The notes below the pieces were generated by a model. It had not been told where the DNA came from. It was given only the letters and a program-made list of their open reading frames with translations, and made no database searches. A stretch of DNA of 64,000 nucleotides from Waddliaceae bacterium (lineage in GTDB: Bacteria; Chlamydiota; Chlamydiia; Chlamydiales; Waddliaceae), in NCBI GenBank assembly GCA_963724325.1, contig CAVRUH010000007.1, positions 497,903 through 561,902 of the forward strand, in the 5' to 3' direction. The translations under genes and the position numbers were made by a program. Of this stretch, positions 19,912-33,539 are shown in pieces. Within the stretch, counting starts at the first letter, position 1. Each line of letters starts with the position of its first letter.

Positions 19912-20562
19912 TTACTTACTAGTGCATTCAATAAGGGTAAGGAATGATCGAGAAAAGATAGCGTGTTTTAAGATGTCGTGGATCATTACTTCATTTAATT
20001 CATCGCCTTCTTTTGCCGACTTAAGACCCACATACAACTTGTTGCTGGCAGTGGTTTCAAAAAAATAGATAAAATTCTTGCTCTTATTAATGGTAAGCAT
20101 CGTTCTTGTTCCATCATTACTTACATATGATATCCCAAAAGCCGAATCAATCGAATTATCTAAAGGGTATGCATAGGATATTACACTATAATTTAAAGAG
20201 AGAGTCTCAAGAAGAAATTCAAAAGATTGACGAAGAGTATATTCATTACTAGGAAGTATCATTCTCGAAAATTTGTAAGTCATGCCCTCTGAGTCTTTCG
20301 CGACAATAAGTGGTTTATTACTTACTGGAGAATTGATAAATTCTGGTTCTGATGGGAGAAAAAGCTCAATAGTTTCTCCTTTACCTTGATCATTGACAAC
20401 ATTGATAGGTAATCGGATCCAATTCTTAGTATCGATTTGTCTACCGTTACCAAAGTCGGGCGACATTTCTATCATTTTATCGGAAGCTGCCAACACTGAC
20501 GATGCAAAAACAGAGGCACTTGCAACCAAAAAGACTGATAACATTAATTTATTGAAATTCAT
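19912..20562 (-). CDS. hypothetical exported protein
   Basis: 216 aa ORF, AAGGAG RBS, signal peptide. Confidence 0.75.
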   Translation of the reverse strand: MNFNKLMLSVFLVASASVFASSVLAASDKMIEMSPDFGNGRQIDTKNWIRLPINVVNDQGKGETIELFLPSEPEFINSPVSNKPLIVAKDSEGMTYKFSRMILPSNEYTLRQSFEFLLETLSLNYSVISYAYPLDNSIDSAFGISYVSNDGTRTMLTINKSKNFIYFFETTASNKLYVGLKSAKEGDELNEVMIHDILKHAIFSRSFLTLIECTSK

Positions 20563-20725
20563 AATTTAACTCCTTTTTATTATTTAAATTGTCTTAAAAA
20601 ATAAAATTTAACATATTTTTAATATAAACACAAGTGAAATTTAATTCTCCATATTATATTGACTGACAATTCAGTTTTGATTACAATAATTAACTTAATA
20701 ATATAACATCAAAAGGAAATAGCAA

Positions 20726-21202
20726 ATGAACTGGAATGTAAAATATTTAATACTCTCTTTATCTGTTGCAACAGTATTTTGCAGTTGTGCAACGAAATAC
20801 CATCCAAACTCTATTTCGGGAGGATATTCCGACTTTAGAGTCGCACGTGATTCTTTTGTCGTGACATTTTACGGCAATGATTTTACGTCTTCTGAAACGG
20901 TTTTAAAATATGCCCTTAAACGTGCCTCTGAATTAACAATTCAGAATGGCTTCTCATATTTCTCCGTTATAGACAGCCAAGATACAACAAAACGAACTCT
21001 TGTTTCAAGCAGCTATACAAATAATCAGGCAAATCTCAAAGCACATTCAAATTCTGCTTCGGTATATGGCAATTGTTCAACATCAACTAGCGTCTCCGAA
21101 ATTGTAAAACCTTCCATTATTTTAAATATTAAATGTTATTCAGAAGCACCTGGGGAGATAGAATCCGTAAATGCTAAAGAATTCTTGATGTATAATAATT
21201 AA
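20726..21202 (+). CDS. lipoprotein (CC0125/CC1285-like)
   Basis: Lipobox-like FCSC; GGYSD..VTFYGNDFTS..YALKRASELT..GFSYF pattern. Confidence 0.75.
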   Translation: MNWNVKYLILSLSVATVFCSCATKYHPNSISGGYSDFRVARDSFVVTFYGNDFTSSETVLKYALKRASELTIQNGFSYFSVIDSQDTTKRTLVSSSYTNNQANLKAHSNSASVYGNCSTSTSVSEIVKPSIILNIKCYSEAPGEIESVNAKEFLMYNN

Positions 21203-21305
21203 TAATTTTGACCTTGTACAATTTTTTGAATTTATCGCCGTGCTGAGGTCTGCTGCCAGAGCCAGCAGACCCACAAACGGCGAGGGCAAATATCAGGAGG
21301 GGTTA

Positions 21306-21536
21306 GTTTGACGCTTACGTATTTCCGGTTTGGAGTGACCCAATTTATTGGGTCTTTTTCCGAGCCGAATTTATTCGGCTCGGTGGAGGGCGACACCTTG
21401 CCCTCCTTAGGTGAATGGCGAAATCTTGCCATGCACAGGGCCGAATAAATTCAGCCCTGAAAAAGACCTAATGAATTAGGTCACTCCAAATTAGACTGAG
21501 CGTTGAGTTAGGCAACGGCTCCGGTTTGACGCTTAC
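21306..21536. repeat. nested palindromic REP/REPIN-like element
   Basis: 53-bp imperfect terminal inverted repeats (21329-21381 and 21438-21490), each made of two hairpins; two further central hairpins; 13-bp direct repeat GTTTGACGCTTAC on both sides. Confidence 0.8.
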
Positions 21537-21782
21537 ATTGGGCTTGAAGTAAAACGCTTCGATGATAGAATCTTCGCTGATGCTCTCTTACGTTCTTAGA
21601 GAATCGAAAAAATCAAAGTTCTGAGACTCTATAAAAGGGGCCGAGTCCTATGTTCGCGCCATACCAAATCGAGCGAACGCATGACTATTTCCTTTCATTA
21701 AAATAAAGACTAAATCATCTTTAATGTTCACTATCTTGTACTATAAATCATTTAAAACATGTGATGATGTTCATTAAATAGA

Positions 21783-22048
21783 ATGATCTGGCACCATGCG
21801 AACCTCATGGCCCGTTTATTAAAAGATGGTCTTATCGAAAAACGTCAAAGCGAGGAAGACAAGCGAGAAGTACGTGTACGCCTTTCGGAAAAAGGAAAAA
21901 GGCTTATTGATGAAGCAATGCCGGTGCAGGCCAAAGTTGAGAATGATCTGGTAAAAGAACTAGATTCAAAAGAAAAAATGACCTAAATAAACTCTTGAAA
22001 ACTCTCCTCCTATCTGTTGACGATACCTTCATCGAACTTGACAAATAG
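21783..22048 (+). pseudogene. MarR-family regulator fragment
   Basis: SGTM..LMARLLKDGLIEKRQSEEDKREVRVRLSEKGK wing motif; frameshifts, N-terminus missing. Confidence 0.75.
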
Positions 22049-22052
22049 CCCT

Positions 22053-23483
22053 CTAATCGACATATTCGATCTTACAAGCTGCAGGCAACTTCTCGTCGTA
22101 TATATTTTCTATTTTGCAGGCTTTATTAACTATTAGATGTTTAAGCTTATAACACTCGGAGTAACTAAATTCTTCTGCCTTAAATGCTTTAACAACCAAT
22201 AATGACACGCACCGCCAGCATCTCAAAAAGATTGCATTGGAAGCAGTAATTCTTTCTAGGTTTGTACAACCACTAGCAACCAGGTCTTTTAACAGAGGCG
22301 CTTCAAGTTCTTTAAGCCCATAACAACCCCCGCAATCCAGTTTCTGTAATTTTTGAAGCCATGTATCTGGAATACGTGTAATGAACTCGTTATGTATAGT
22401 TAACGATTCAATATTTGGCAGGCAGAGTGCTAATTTCTCCAGATCATCATCCGTGTAAGTATTTTTTTCAATTATGAGTTCATTGATCGATATTTTTTTA
22501 TTTAGCTCCACAAGGACAGTTAAGACTTCTTTGTTAAGCTCAACCCAAGATAGATTAACGCTACGATAGATCGAATCAGTCAATAATGCTTCAAATATTT
22601 CATCACTGAAAGATAGCATGTGAGAGGGACAGTAGTGATTCCTTTCCTTGTAAACATATTCAAAATTAATTCGAATATCTAATGTAAAGGATTTCTGAAT
22701 CAATTTCAAATACTCTATAAATGGATCAATAAATGTTTCCTTTTGTGAATCATTGCAATCTGGAGAGTTAAAAAGTTCTTTCTCTTCACTAGCCAAAACA
22801 TCAAGAAAGCTTGAAATCTTATCTAGCAGAATCTTAAAATCAAATAATTTATATAATTCAACATGAAGATCTAACAAATATAATTCATTTAAAATGATTA
22901 GCAATTCATCCAAAATATCGCTGTATTCCAAATATATGAATCTTTGATCCAAGCACGCAGTAAATAGGTCATTCACGCCATATAGGTGAGATATACGCAA
23001 TAATTGCGCAACCTTAACTTCATCAAAATTTACGCTGTGATTTTCTAAATAGTCTAGGAAGCAAGTAATTTCTTTTGACTCAATACCTTCAAAACCTTTG
23101 AGATGGATCATATTCGCATGAGCTTCACCAAAACTACCATTAACCATTAGTGAAAGTACTTCGCTGCACTTTTCTAGCCTAAGCTTTGATATTTGCCTTA
23201 CTTCCTCATTAATTTGTACAGTAACACGAGGCGGAAAAAGCTGAGGGAATTTTTTCAAAAGAGTTTGACAAACATTTTTAATTTTTTTAGTTTTGATTGG
23301 TATTTCTTCTACATAGATACAAAATTTTCCTACATTGTCAGGATTCTCTGCTACCCAATTCTCATTTTGTAGAATAAATTGTGTGAATTTAATCAAGCGT
23401 TTTTTATGCAATGGTTTTCCGTTGTATTTCAGTTCCCATTTTATCGATGGACTAAACAACACATTACTTACATTTGACTCCAT
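22053..23483 (-). CDS. BTB/POZ + leucine-rich-repeat protein (eukaryote-like, candidate effector)
   Basis: LEKCSEVLSLMVNGSFGEAH..CFLDYL..LLRISHLYGVNDLFTAC BTB pattern; LQKLDCGGCYGLKEL LRRs. Confidence 0.85.
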   Translation of the reverse strand: MESNVSNVLFSPSIKWELKYNGKPLHKKRLIKFTQFILQNENWVAENPDNVGKFCIYVEEIPIKTKKIKNVCQTLLKKFPQLFPPRVTVQINEEVRQISKLRLEKCSEVLSLMVNGSFGEAHANMIHLKGFEGIESKEITCFLDYLENHSVNFDEVKVAQLLRISHLYGVNDLFTACLDQRFIYLEYSDILDELLIILNELYLLDLHVELYKLFDFKILLDKISSFLDVLASEEKELFNSPDCNDSQKETFIDPFIEYLKLIQKSFTLDIRINFEYVYKERNHYCPSHMLSFSDEIFEALLTDSIYRSVNLSWVELNKEVLTVLVELNKKISINELIIEKNTYTDDDLEKLALCLPNIESLTIHNEFITRIPDTWLQKLQKLDCGGCYGLKELEAPLLKDLVASGCTNLERITASNAIFLRCWRCVSLLVVKAFKAEEFSYSECYKLKHLIVNKACKIENIYDEKLPAACKIEYVD

Positions 23484-23674
23484 AATTAATTCTCCATTAA
23501 TTTAAAATATGGCTATCATAACAAAATCATATTATATTTCCTACATTTTTTTACTTTTTTCCGATAGCATAGATTTTTTTTTACAAATTTATTTTCATTT
23601 TGGCTGCTTGTCCAGAATCCTTTTATCTAGTATAATGCGGAAAGCAATGGTAATTAATCTTATAGGGAGTTCTG

Positions 23675-24177
23675 ATGATTGCGAGAGAAATTTTAGATCA
23701 GGCGGTCAAACGTCTTGTAAAAACTTACCATCCTCTCATTATTTAGCTTTTTGGTTCTTACGCTTGGGGTAGCCCAACTGATGATAGTGATTTGGATTTA
23801 CTCATCATTGTTGAACAATCAGAACATAATGATTATCAAAGAGCTGTTGCAGGCCATCATGCCCTTTGGGGATTAGAAATTCCAAAAGATTTACTTGTCT
23901 ATACAAAAAAATAATTTGAGAAAGAGGCACAAGATGTATCATCTCTTTGCCATAAAGTGACAAAAGATGGAATAAAGATATATGCAAAGCCATAATGCTT
24001 GGTTAAAAAAAGCAAATAATGACCTTATAGGAGCCAGAATTCTTTATCAGGAACATATATACGATCTTGCTGTTTATCATGCACAATAGGGCTGATCCTG
24101 ATCAAAATATAACTCACAATGCTGTCACAAATGGTGAGGCAGCTTTGCTTTATGTTCAGGCCAAAATAATCGAATAA
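23675..24177 (+). pseudogene. decayed MNT nucleotidyltransferase + HEPN (type VII TA-like) pair
   Basis: MIAREILDQAVKRLVKTYHPLII*LFGSYAWGSPTDDSDLDLLII with an in-frame stop; then from 23982 MQSHNAWLKKANNDLIGARILYQEHIYDLAVYHAQ*, internally deleted. Confidence 0.8.
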
Positions 24178-24212
24178 GTAATAGTGTTGGACGAAATAAA
24201 ACCAATAGCCCA

Positions 24213-25640
24213 CTAATCGACATATTCGATTTTACAATCCGCAGGTAACTCCCTTTGCAATACATTGTCTATTTTGCAACCTTTCTTAACTATTAGAAGT
24301 TTGAGCTTATTACACGCGAAGTGATTAAATTCTTCTGCCTTAAATGCTTTAACATCCAATAATGACACGCATTGACTGCATTCCAAATCAATTGCATTGG
24401 AAGCGGTAATTGTTTTAAGCCTAATACAACCATAGGAAATCAAGTGTTTTATCAGAGGCGCTTCAAGTTCAATAAGCCTGTAACAATCTCTGCAATTCAA
24501 TTTCTGCAATTTTTGAAGCCATGTATCTGGAATACGTGTAATGAACTGGTTATGTATAGTTAACGATTCAAGATTTGGCAGGCACAGTGCCAATTTCTCT
24601 AGATCATCATCCTTATAAATATCGTTTTGTATTCTGAGTTCATTGATCGGTATCTTTTTATTGAGCTCCACAAGTACGGCTAAGATTTCTTCGTTAAGCG
24701 CAATCTGAGATAGATCAACTTCACGATAGATCGAATCAGTCAATAAAGTATTAAATAATCTATCATAGGGAGATCTTATTAAACAAGGGCCGTCTTCATC
24801 ATCGAGGGGCGGGTATTTAAATGTAATTTCAATGTTTAATTTAAAGCATTTCTGAAATAGTTTCAAATATTCTGTAAATGAATCAATAAATATTTCCTTT
24901 TGTGAAGCATTGATCTCTTTGGAATTAGAAAGCTCTTTCTTTTCACAAGCCAAAACATCAAGGAAGCTTGAAAGCTTATCTCGCAGAACAACAGTATCAA
25001 ATAATTTATAAAATACAACATGAAGATCTAAAAAATATAATTCCTTTAAAACGTTTAGCAATTCAAACCACTTGTCGTTGTTTATGAAAGCAATGAATCT
25101 GTCCTTCAGGCACACCCTAAATAGGTCTTTCATTCCGTGTAGCTGAGCTAGACGCAATAATGGGGCCGCCTTGACCCCATTAAGGTTTACTTTTCCATTT
25201 TCTAAATAGTCTAGAAAACAAGTAATTTCTTTTAACTCAATATTTTCAAAACCGTTGAGATTGATTACATTAGTATAAGCTTCACTGAAACCACCATTAA
25301 CCATTAGTGAAAATACTTCGCTACACTTTTCTAGCCTATTCTTTGATATTTGCCTTACTTCCTCATTAATTTGTACCGTAATACGAGGAGGAAAAAGGAG
25401 GGGAAATTTCTTCAAAAGAGTTTCATAAACTTTTTTTTCTTCATTGGTTCTCGGCAGCATTTCTTCTACAATGATACAAAATGCCCTTACTTGGCCAGAA
25501 TTCTCTGCTACCCAATTCTCATTCTGTAGAATAAATTGTGTGAAAGTATTAAAGCGGTTTTCATCTTTTGGCCTTCCGTTCCATCGCAGTTCCCATTTCA
25601 ACGATTGACCAGATAATACATTAATTACATTTGACTCCAT
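24213..25640 (-). CDS. BTB/POZ + leucine-rich-repeat protein, paralogue of 22053-23483
   Basis: Colinear with the first copy; long near-identical blocks (NKKIPINEL, DDDLEKLALCLPN, ITRIPDTWLQKLQKL, CKIEYVD). Confidence 0.85.
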   Translation of the reverse strand: MESNVINVLSGQSLKWELRWNGRPKDENRFNTFTQFILQNENWVAENSGQVRAFCIIVEEMLPRTNEEKKVYETLLKKFPLLFPPRITVQINEEVRQISKNRLEKCSEVFSLMVNGGFSEAYTNVINLNGFENIELKEITCFLDYLENGKVNLNGVKAAPLLRLAQLHGMKDLFRVCLKDRFIAFINNDKWFELLNVLKELYFLDLHVVFYKLFDTVVLRDKLSSFLDVLACEKKELSNSKEINASQKEIFIDSFTEYLKLFQKCFKLNIEITFKYPPLDDEDGPCLIRSPYDRLFNTLLTDSIYREVDLSQIALNEEILAVLVELNKKIPINELRIQNDIYKDDDLEKLALCLPNLESLTIHNQFITRIPDTWLQKLQKLNCRDCYRLIELEAPLIKHLISYGCIRLKTITASNAIDLECSQCVSLLDVKAFKAEEFNHFACNKLKLLIVKKGCKIDNVLQRELPADCKIEYVD

Positions 25641-25836
25641 AATTAACTCCTATTAGTTTAAAATATAATAACTATAACAAAAGCATTTTTTATTTGCTAC
25701 ATCTTTTTTACAACATTCATAAAAATAAGTATGTCCAAGATCTGGATGCAAGACCTTTCTTGAAAAAGGTTTGCAGATAAAGAAAAAATTTGTGTATACA
25801 GGTATCAATTAATCTAGAGGAAGATTCGGTAAAAAA

Positions 25837-28209
25837 ATGTCTCCCTTTACTGATCCACGAGTAGCCTGGACTTTGTTTTTGTACTTTTTAGGTATTGGCG
25901 CTACCGTGGGAGGCAGCAGCTATATATCTTCTGGACTGATGGGAAACTTTTCTTCAGCTATTCTCCCCTACTTCTATATGACACAAGCCATCTTTATCTA
26001 TCTTCCCAACTTTTTTAAATCGTCACGTTTCGCAAATGGCCCCCTTAGTAAACCCAATGGCTTTATCCTGACTTCAATAATTTCTTTGGCAATATGTTTT
26101 ATTTTAGCCAATGAAGATGGCATTTGGATGGTCTTTATCTCATGCCTTGTCCTCACCATTATTTCAAAACAAGTGTTTATATTTATAGATACTGCCATCT
26201 CATTAGCATTCACTATCCGCGAGTTTCGCCAATTGGCAGGTCTTATTGTTGTTATCAGCGGATTAGCTGGGATTTTTTTTAGTGTTACATACTCTCTCCT
26301 AATTTATTTTTTTGGATTGAATATTTTGATTCCTTCGATAGTACTTTTGTATTCCTTTTGTCCCTATCTTATAGGTAAATTAATTCCTATACATCGCAGT
26401 ATGACCAAAATTAAACAAGAGACAAAGGTAGAAAATCCCTCTTTTTTTTATCCTCTTGCGGCGCATTCTATAATTGTCGCCGCAATTACAATACTGATTT
26501 CCTACCTTTATCTTATTTCGTTAAAACAAAACTTTGATAAAAATACGATTGCGATTGTTGATGCAATCGTGATTGGTTTGACGAGTTTTTTTGTTATTTT
26601 CATACAATTTTACGGCCAACCTTGGTACATAAAACGATTCGGCCTTAGAGGAGCTTTTCTATTATATCCAATCACTATGATTGTCTTTGGAGCCCTTGCT
26701 CTAATTTACCCAAATTATATGATCATTATTCTAATTTCTGTTACTTCAACAATCATTTATAGAGGGACTAATTACATTGCATACGAAACGCTCCTGAATA
26801 CTGCGACTGAAAAAATCAGGCAGTATGCGCGTGCACAGATCCGTAATACCTCTCAAACTATTGGTAGAGCACTTATTCCAATATCTATTTTGTTGTTGCT
26901 TGGCGACAGATATGCAACGATATCCAATGTTGTCCTTATAACTATTTTCGCTTCATTCATCGTAATTTATGTTGTACAGTATATTTATAAGGGATATCGA
27001 ACCAACCTCAAGGGATTAGTCGAGCAAACCCGATATTTAAATTATGAACCAATATACACCGAAAATGAAACTTTAATTAATACCTTCTTGGATATCAGCA
27101 GTCGACATCATACCTATGAAATAATCCAATATTTTAAGAAAAACCATATTGAACCGGCAACTTACCTTGCCAAAGAAATACATGAAACAAAGAGCATTAT
27201 TAAGCTTCAAACATATGTTAAAGTTCTAGGGAAACTCCCTTCAAATGAGTCCGAAAAAAAGCTTTTTGAATTACTTAGAACCAAAACACCTGCATCGGAA
27301 ATTCTCTCTAACTCCCTTTGCATGGCTATCGCCATTCGTGCATTAACTATTGGAATTACTTCATCATTTAGATCTTACATCGAAAACGAACTTAGACTCC
27401 AAAAAGATAGTGTTATTTCAACTTTTCTCATGAAATTCCATGCCAATACAAAACATATTCAACTAGAAATTGACAGTCGATATACATTTGCCATACAACG
27501 CTTTCTTTATTTATTTGCAACGATAAGCGATACTAGAGCGGTTTTAAACACGATTCCCAAAATTCAGGGTCAAATTTTTCATCAATTAGATCTGGTAGAA
27601 AGCAGCGAAGCTATTGAATACTTAGAAGCAATCACTAATGATCATTTATTACGATCTCTACTGCAAGAAACTTTAGAGCCTATCGTACAGCCGATCAGTC
27701 CTGAAAAATATGCAGAATTGATAGCTCAGGATACATGGTTATCACAAGTTAATTTAATCAAAGAATTCATACCTGGAGAAAACATGAATACCAACGAAAA
27801 AGTCCTATTTTTGCGTCGGGTGAATATTTTTAAAACAATGCCTGCAGAGGCCCTTGAAGTCATGACTGAATCGCTTATTGAGTCAAAAGTTGCAGCAAAC
27901 GAAGATATTTTTCTATATGGGGACGATGCTGACAGAGTATATATGGTTGTTTCAGGAGTCATTCAAATACACATCGACAAACAGGTGTTGAATGAGGTAT
28001 CTGAATTCGGTCTTTTTGGCGAACTTGCTCTGTTGGACAACTTACCAAGAACGGCCACAGCAACGGCAAAAACCAATGTTGTTCTTTTTGCTATTTACAA
28101 ACAGGAATTCAATCAGCTCCTAGAGGACATGCCTGAACTAAGCAAAGCAGTCATTGCTCAGCTTTTGCCTTATTTGAGGAGACTGCCGATTTACGCTCAA
28201 ACAAGTTAA
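25837..28209 (+). CDS. MFS/Npt-like membrane protein with helical linker and C-terminal cyclic-nucleotide-binding domain
   Basis: ~12 hydrophobic segments; C-terminal IFLYGDDADRVYMVVSG..FGELALLDNLPRTATA cNMP signature. Confidence 0.85.
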   Translation: MSPFTDPRVAWTLFLYFLGIGATVGGSSYISSGLMGNFSSAILPYFYMTQAIFIYLPNFFKSSRFANGPLSKPNGFILTSIISLAICFILANEDGIWMVFISCLVLTIISKQVFIFIDTAISLAFTIREFRQLAGLIVVISGLAGIFFSVTYSLLIYFFGLNILIPSIVLLYSFCPYLIGKLIPIHRSMTKIKQETKVENPSFFYPLAAHSIIVAAITILISYLYLISLKQNFDKNTIAIVDAIVIGLTSFFVIFIQFYGQPWYIKRFGLRGAFLLYPITMIVFGALALIYPNYMIIILISVTSTIIYRGTNYIAYETLLNTATEKIRQYARAQIRNTSQTIGRALIPISILLLLGDRYATISNVVLITIFASFIVIYVVQYIYKGYRTNLKGLVEQTRYLNYEPIYTENETLINTFLDISSRHHTYEIIQYFKKNHIEPATYLAKEIHETKSIIKLQTYVKVLGKLPSNESEKKLFELLRTKTPASEILSNSLCMAIAIRALTIGITSSFRSYIENELRLQKDSVISTFLMKFHANTKHIQLEIDSRYTFAIQRFLYLFATISDTRAVLNTIPKIQGQIFHQLDLVESSEAIEYLEAITNDHLLRSLLQETLEPIVQPISPEKYAELIAQDTWLSQVNLIKEFIPGENMNTNEKVLFLRRVNIFKTMPAEALEVMTESLIESKVAANEDIFLYGDDADRVYMVVSGVIQIHIDKQVLNEVSEFGLFGELALLDNLPRTATATAKTNVVLFAIYKQEFNQLLEDMPELSKAVIAQLLPYLRRLPIYAQTS

Positions 28210-28217
28210 AAATGTTT

Positions 28218-29456
28218 TTAGAAATTATTTTGTTGAAGAAGAGGAACTCCGAACCGATTCATGCCAAAATGCAATAGATTCCATCCTATCCTTCTTTGGA
28301 ATGGCAGGTGCTTATGATATACAGCGTTGTATTCAATAAATCCAACCCCGCCACGCCACATTTTGAATTCAGAAACACCAGCACTCATATTAAAAGTGAT
28401 ATTTGTCTTTAAAGCCTCTATAAGCGACAGAGCTGTTAACATACGATATAGTCCTTCATGCGCAGGCAGATTAGTGTCATATCCTAGTAGCGGAGTTGCC
28501 ATAACATTATTTCTTTTAAAGAAACCGATAAAGCCTATTAAATCTCCCTTCTTGTCTCTCAGTCCTTGAAAATTTATTAAATTCTTAGTATGACAAAGTG
28601 AAATAAATTTCTTGGTAAAAAAAGGATTGCACAAAGAATATTTTCTCATATAAAGAAGATCATAGAGTTCAGCGATTTTCTCATAATCATTTTCGAAGAT
28701 TTCATGATGGCCAATCACTTGATAGGTGGTATTTTTCAAAAGATGCAAATCAGATTGCGTGACTCGCCTATTTTCGTAATCTTTTAATGCTTTATCGAAA
28801 ATAAAAACTTCTCGGGAAGGAATGAGCTGGTAACCGTGATTTTCTAATTGATCCATTAGGGAGGCATTAGTGTGGCGATTTAGTGAAGGGAACATGATTG
28901 TGTGATCTGGGAAATTAGCAACCATAAAATCAGTCATTTTTTTTATAGACAAAGCATTCATATTGGGATAAAGATTTGTCGACAGCAACCAATTATTTAT
29001 GCAAGCGACTTTATTAATTTTTGTTAATTTTAAAACTGATCCAAAACAATTCAAGCTAGGAGACAAAAAACGCATTTTCCAAGGATTAGTTATAGTTTTT
29101 AGTTCTCTTTCTGCATAGGTAATATATCTGGTAAACGGAGAACAAACATAAGCGTTCTCATACTCTGCATCATTTACCGTCAAAGGAAACAATCGTTCCC
29201 CCATTTTTAAAATATATAATTGGCATTGAATGTTCCTTACATAATCTTGTGTTGCAGAGGTCAGCATAGGCATGATATAATCATGCTCATATTTTGTTCC
29301 AAAAGGCAGTTGAAGTTGCTTATAATTTGATTGATTATATAATTCAGGGTCATTTTGCAAAGCATAATTAAAGACCTCGTTATGTAATGACTCACCTGTT
29401 TGACTATGATGAGTCACCGTATGAACAACTTCATTAATATGCCCTGTCCTTCCCAT
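28218..29456 (-). CDS. GNAT-fold protein (acetyl/aminoacyl transferase-like)
   Basis: YVCSPFTRY, INNWLLSTNLYP, LYDLLY..KYS..NP, TPLLGYDT..GLYRML, NMSAGVSEFK..RG; probable ATG at 29456. Confidence 0.75.
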   Translation of the reverse strand: MGRTGHINEVVHTVTHHSQTGESLHNEVFNYALQNDPELYNQSNYKQLQLPFGTKYEHDYIMPMLTSATQDYVRNIQCQLYILKMGERLFPLTVNDAEYENAYVCSPFTRYITYAERELKTITNPWKMRFLSPSLNCFGSVLKLTKINKVACINNWLLSTNLYPNMNALSIKKMTDFMVANFPDHTIMFPSLNRHTNASLMDQLENHGYQLIPSREVFIFDKALKDYENRRVTQSDLHLLKNTTYQVIGHHEIFENDYEKIAELYDLLYMRKYSLCNPFFTKKFISLCHTKNLINFQGLRDKKGDLIGFIGFFKRNNVMATPLLGYDTNLPAHEGLYRMLTALSLIEALKTNITFNMSAGVSEFKMWRGGVGFIEYNAVYHKHLPFQRRIGWNLLHFGMNRFGVPLLQQNNF

Positions 29457-29481
29457 ATAAATTACTTCTTTTATTGTTTGT

Positions 29482-32771
<3,290 letters not shown>

Positions 32772-32909
32772 AATACTCTCCTAATTTTTATTTCGTATTA
32801 TGCATTTTGGCAATATTGTTACAATCATTAAATGTAAAAATTTCACAAATTTATATTGAATAATTAAAATTATATCTTTATACATAAGATTTTAAAGAAA
32901 GGAGCTCCT

Positions 32910-33536
32910 ATGTGCCGCATATTTTTGATGTTTATGTTTGCGATGATTGCTTCTGCACAAGCAGATGAAGTGATGAACCCACAAAAGGCCTTTGATAGGT
33001 TGATTGAGGGAAATAAGCGTTTTTACAATGAAAAATCAATCTGCCCAGACAGAACTAAAGAAAGACGCTTGGAACAACTGACAATGCAGGAACCATTTGC
33101 AGCTATTATTGGGTGTTCTGATTCAAGAGTCGCTCCGGAAATCATTTTTGACCAAGGCATTGGCGAGCTTTTTATCGTAAGAGTAGCAGGAAACGTGGTT
33201 GGCCCTATTGAATTGGATAGCATCGAATATTCAGTGAAATATCTTCATTCTTCTGTTATAGTGGTCCTAGGACATGAAAACTGTGGTGCTATTACAGCGG
33301 TAATCGAAGGTAAAACACAAGATATTGAAGCAATTGCAAACCTAGTGCAGCCAGTAGCAAACGAGACCAAAGGGGAAAAGGAGAACCGACTCGAGAAAAC
33401 GATTAAAGCAAACGTGATCCACGTAAAAGAATATCTAGAAAAAACACCGCTTATAGAAGAGTACATTAAACAAGGCAAGGTGAAAGTCATAGGTGGTTAC
33501 TACAACTTTCACACTGGCGAAGTTAACTGGCTTTAG
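32910..33536 (+). CDS. beta-class carbonic anhydrase, exported
   Basis: GCSDSRV, RVAGN and LGHENCGA zinc ligands; signal peptide. Confidence 0.95.
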   Translation: MCRIFLMFMFAMIASAQADEVMNPQKAFDRLIEGNKRFYNEKSICPDRTKERRLEQLTMQEPFAAIIGCSDSRVAPEIIFDQGIGELFIVRVAGNVVGPIELDSIEYSVKYLHSSVIVVLGHENCGAITAVIEGKTQDIEAIANLVQPVANETKGEKENRLEKTIKANVIHVKEYLEKTPLIEEYIKQGKVKVIGGYYNFHTGEVNWL

Positions 33537-33539
33537 TCA

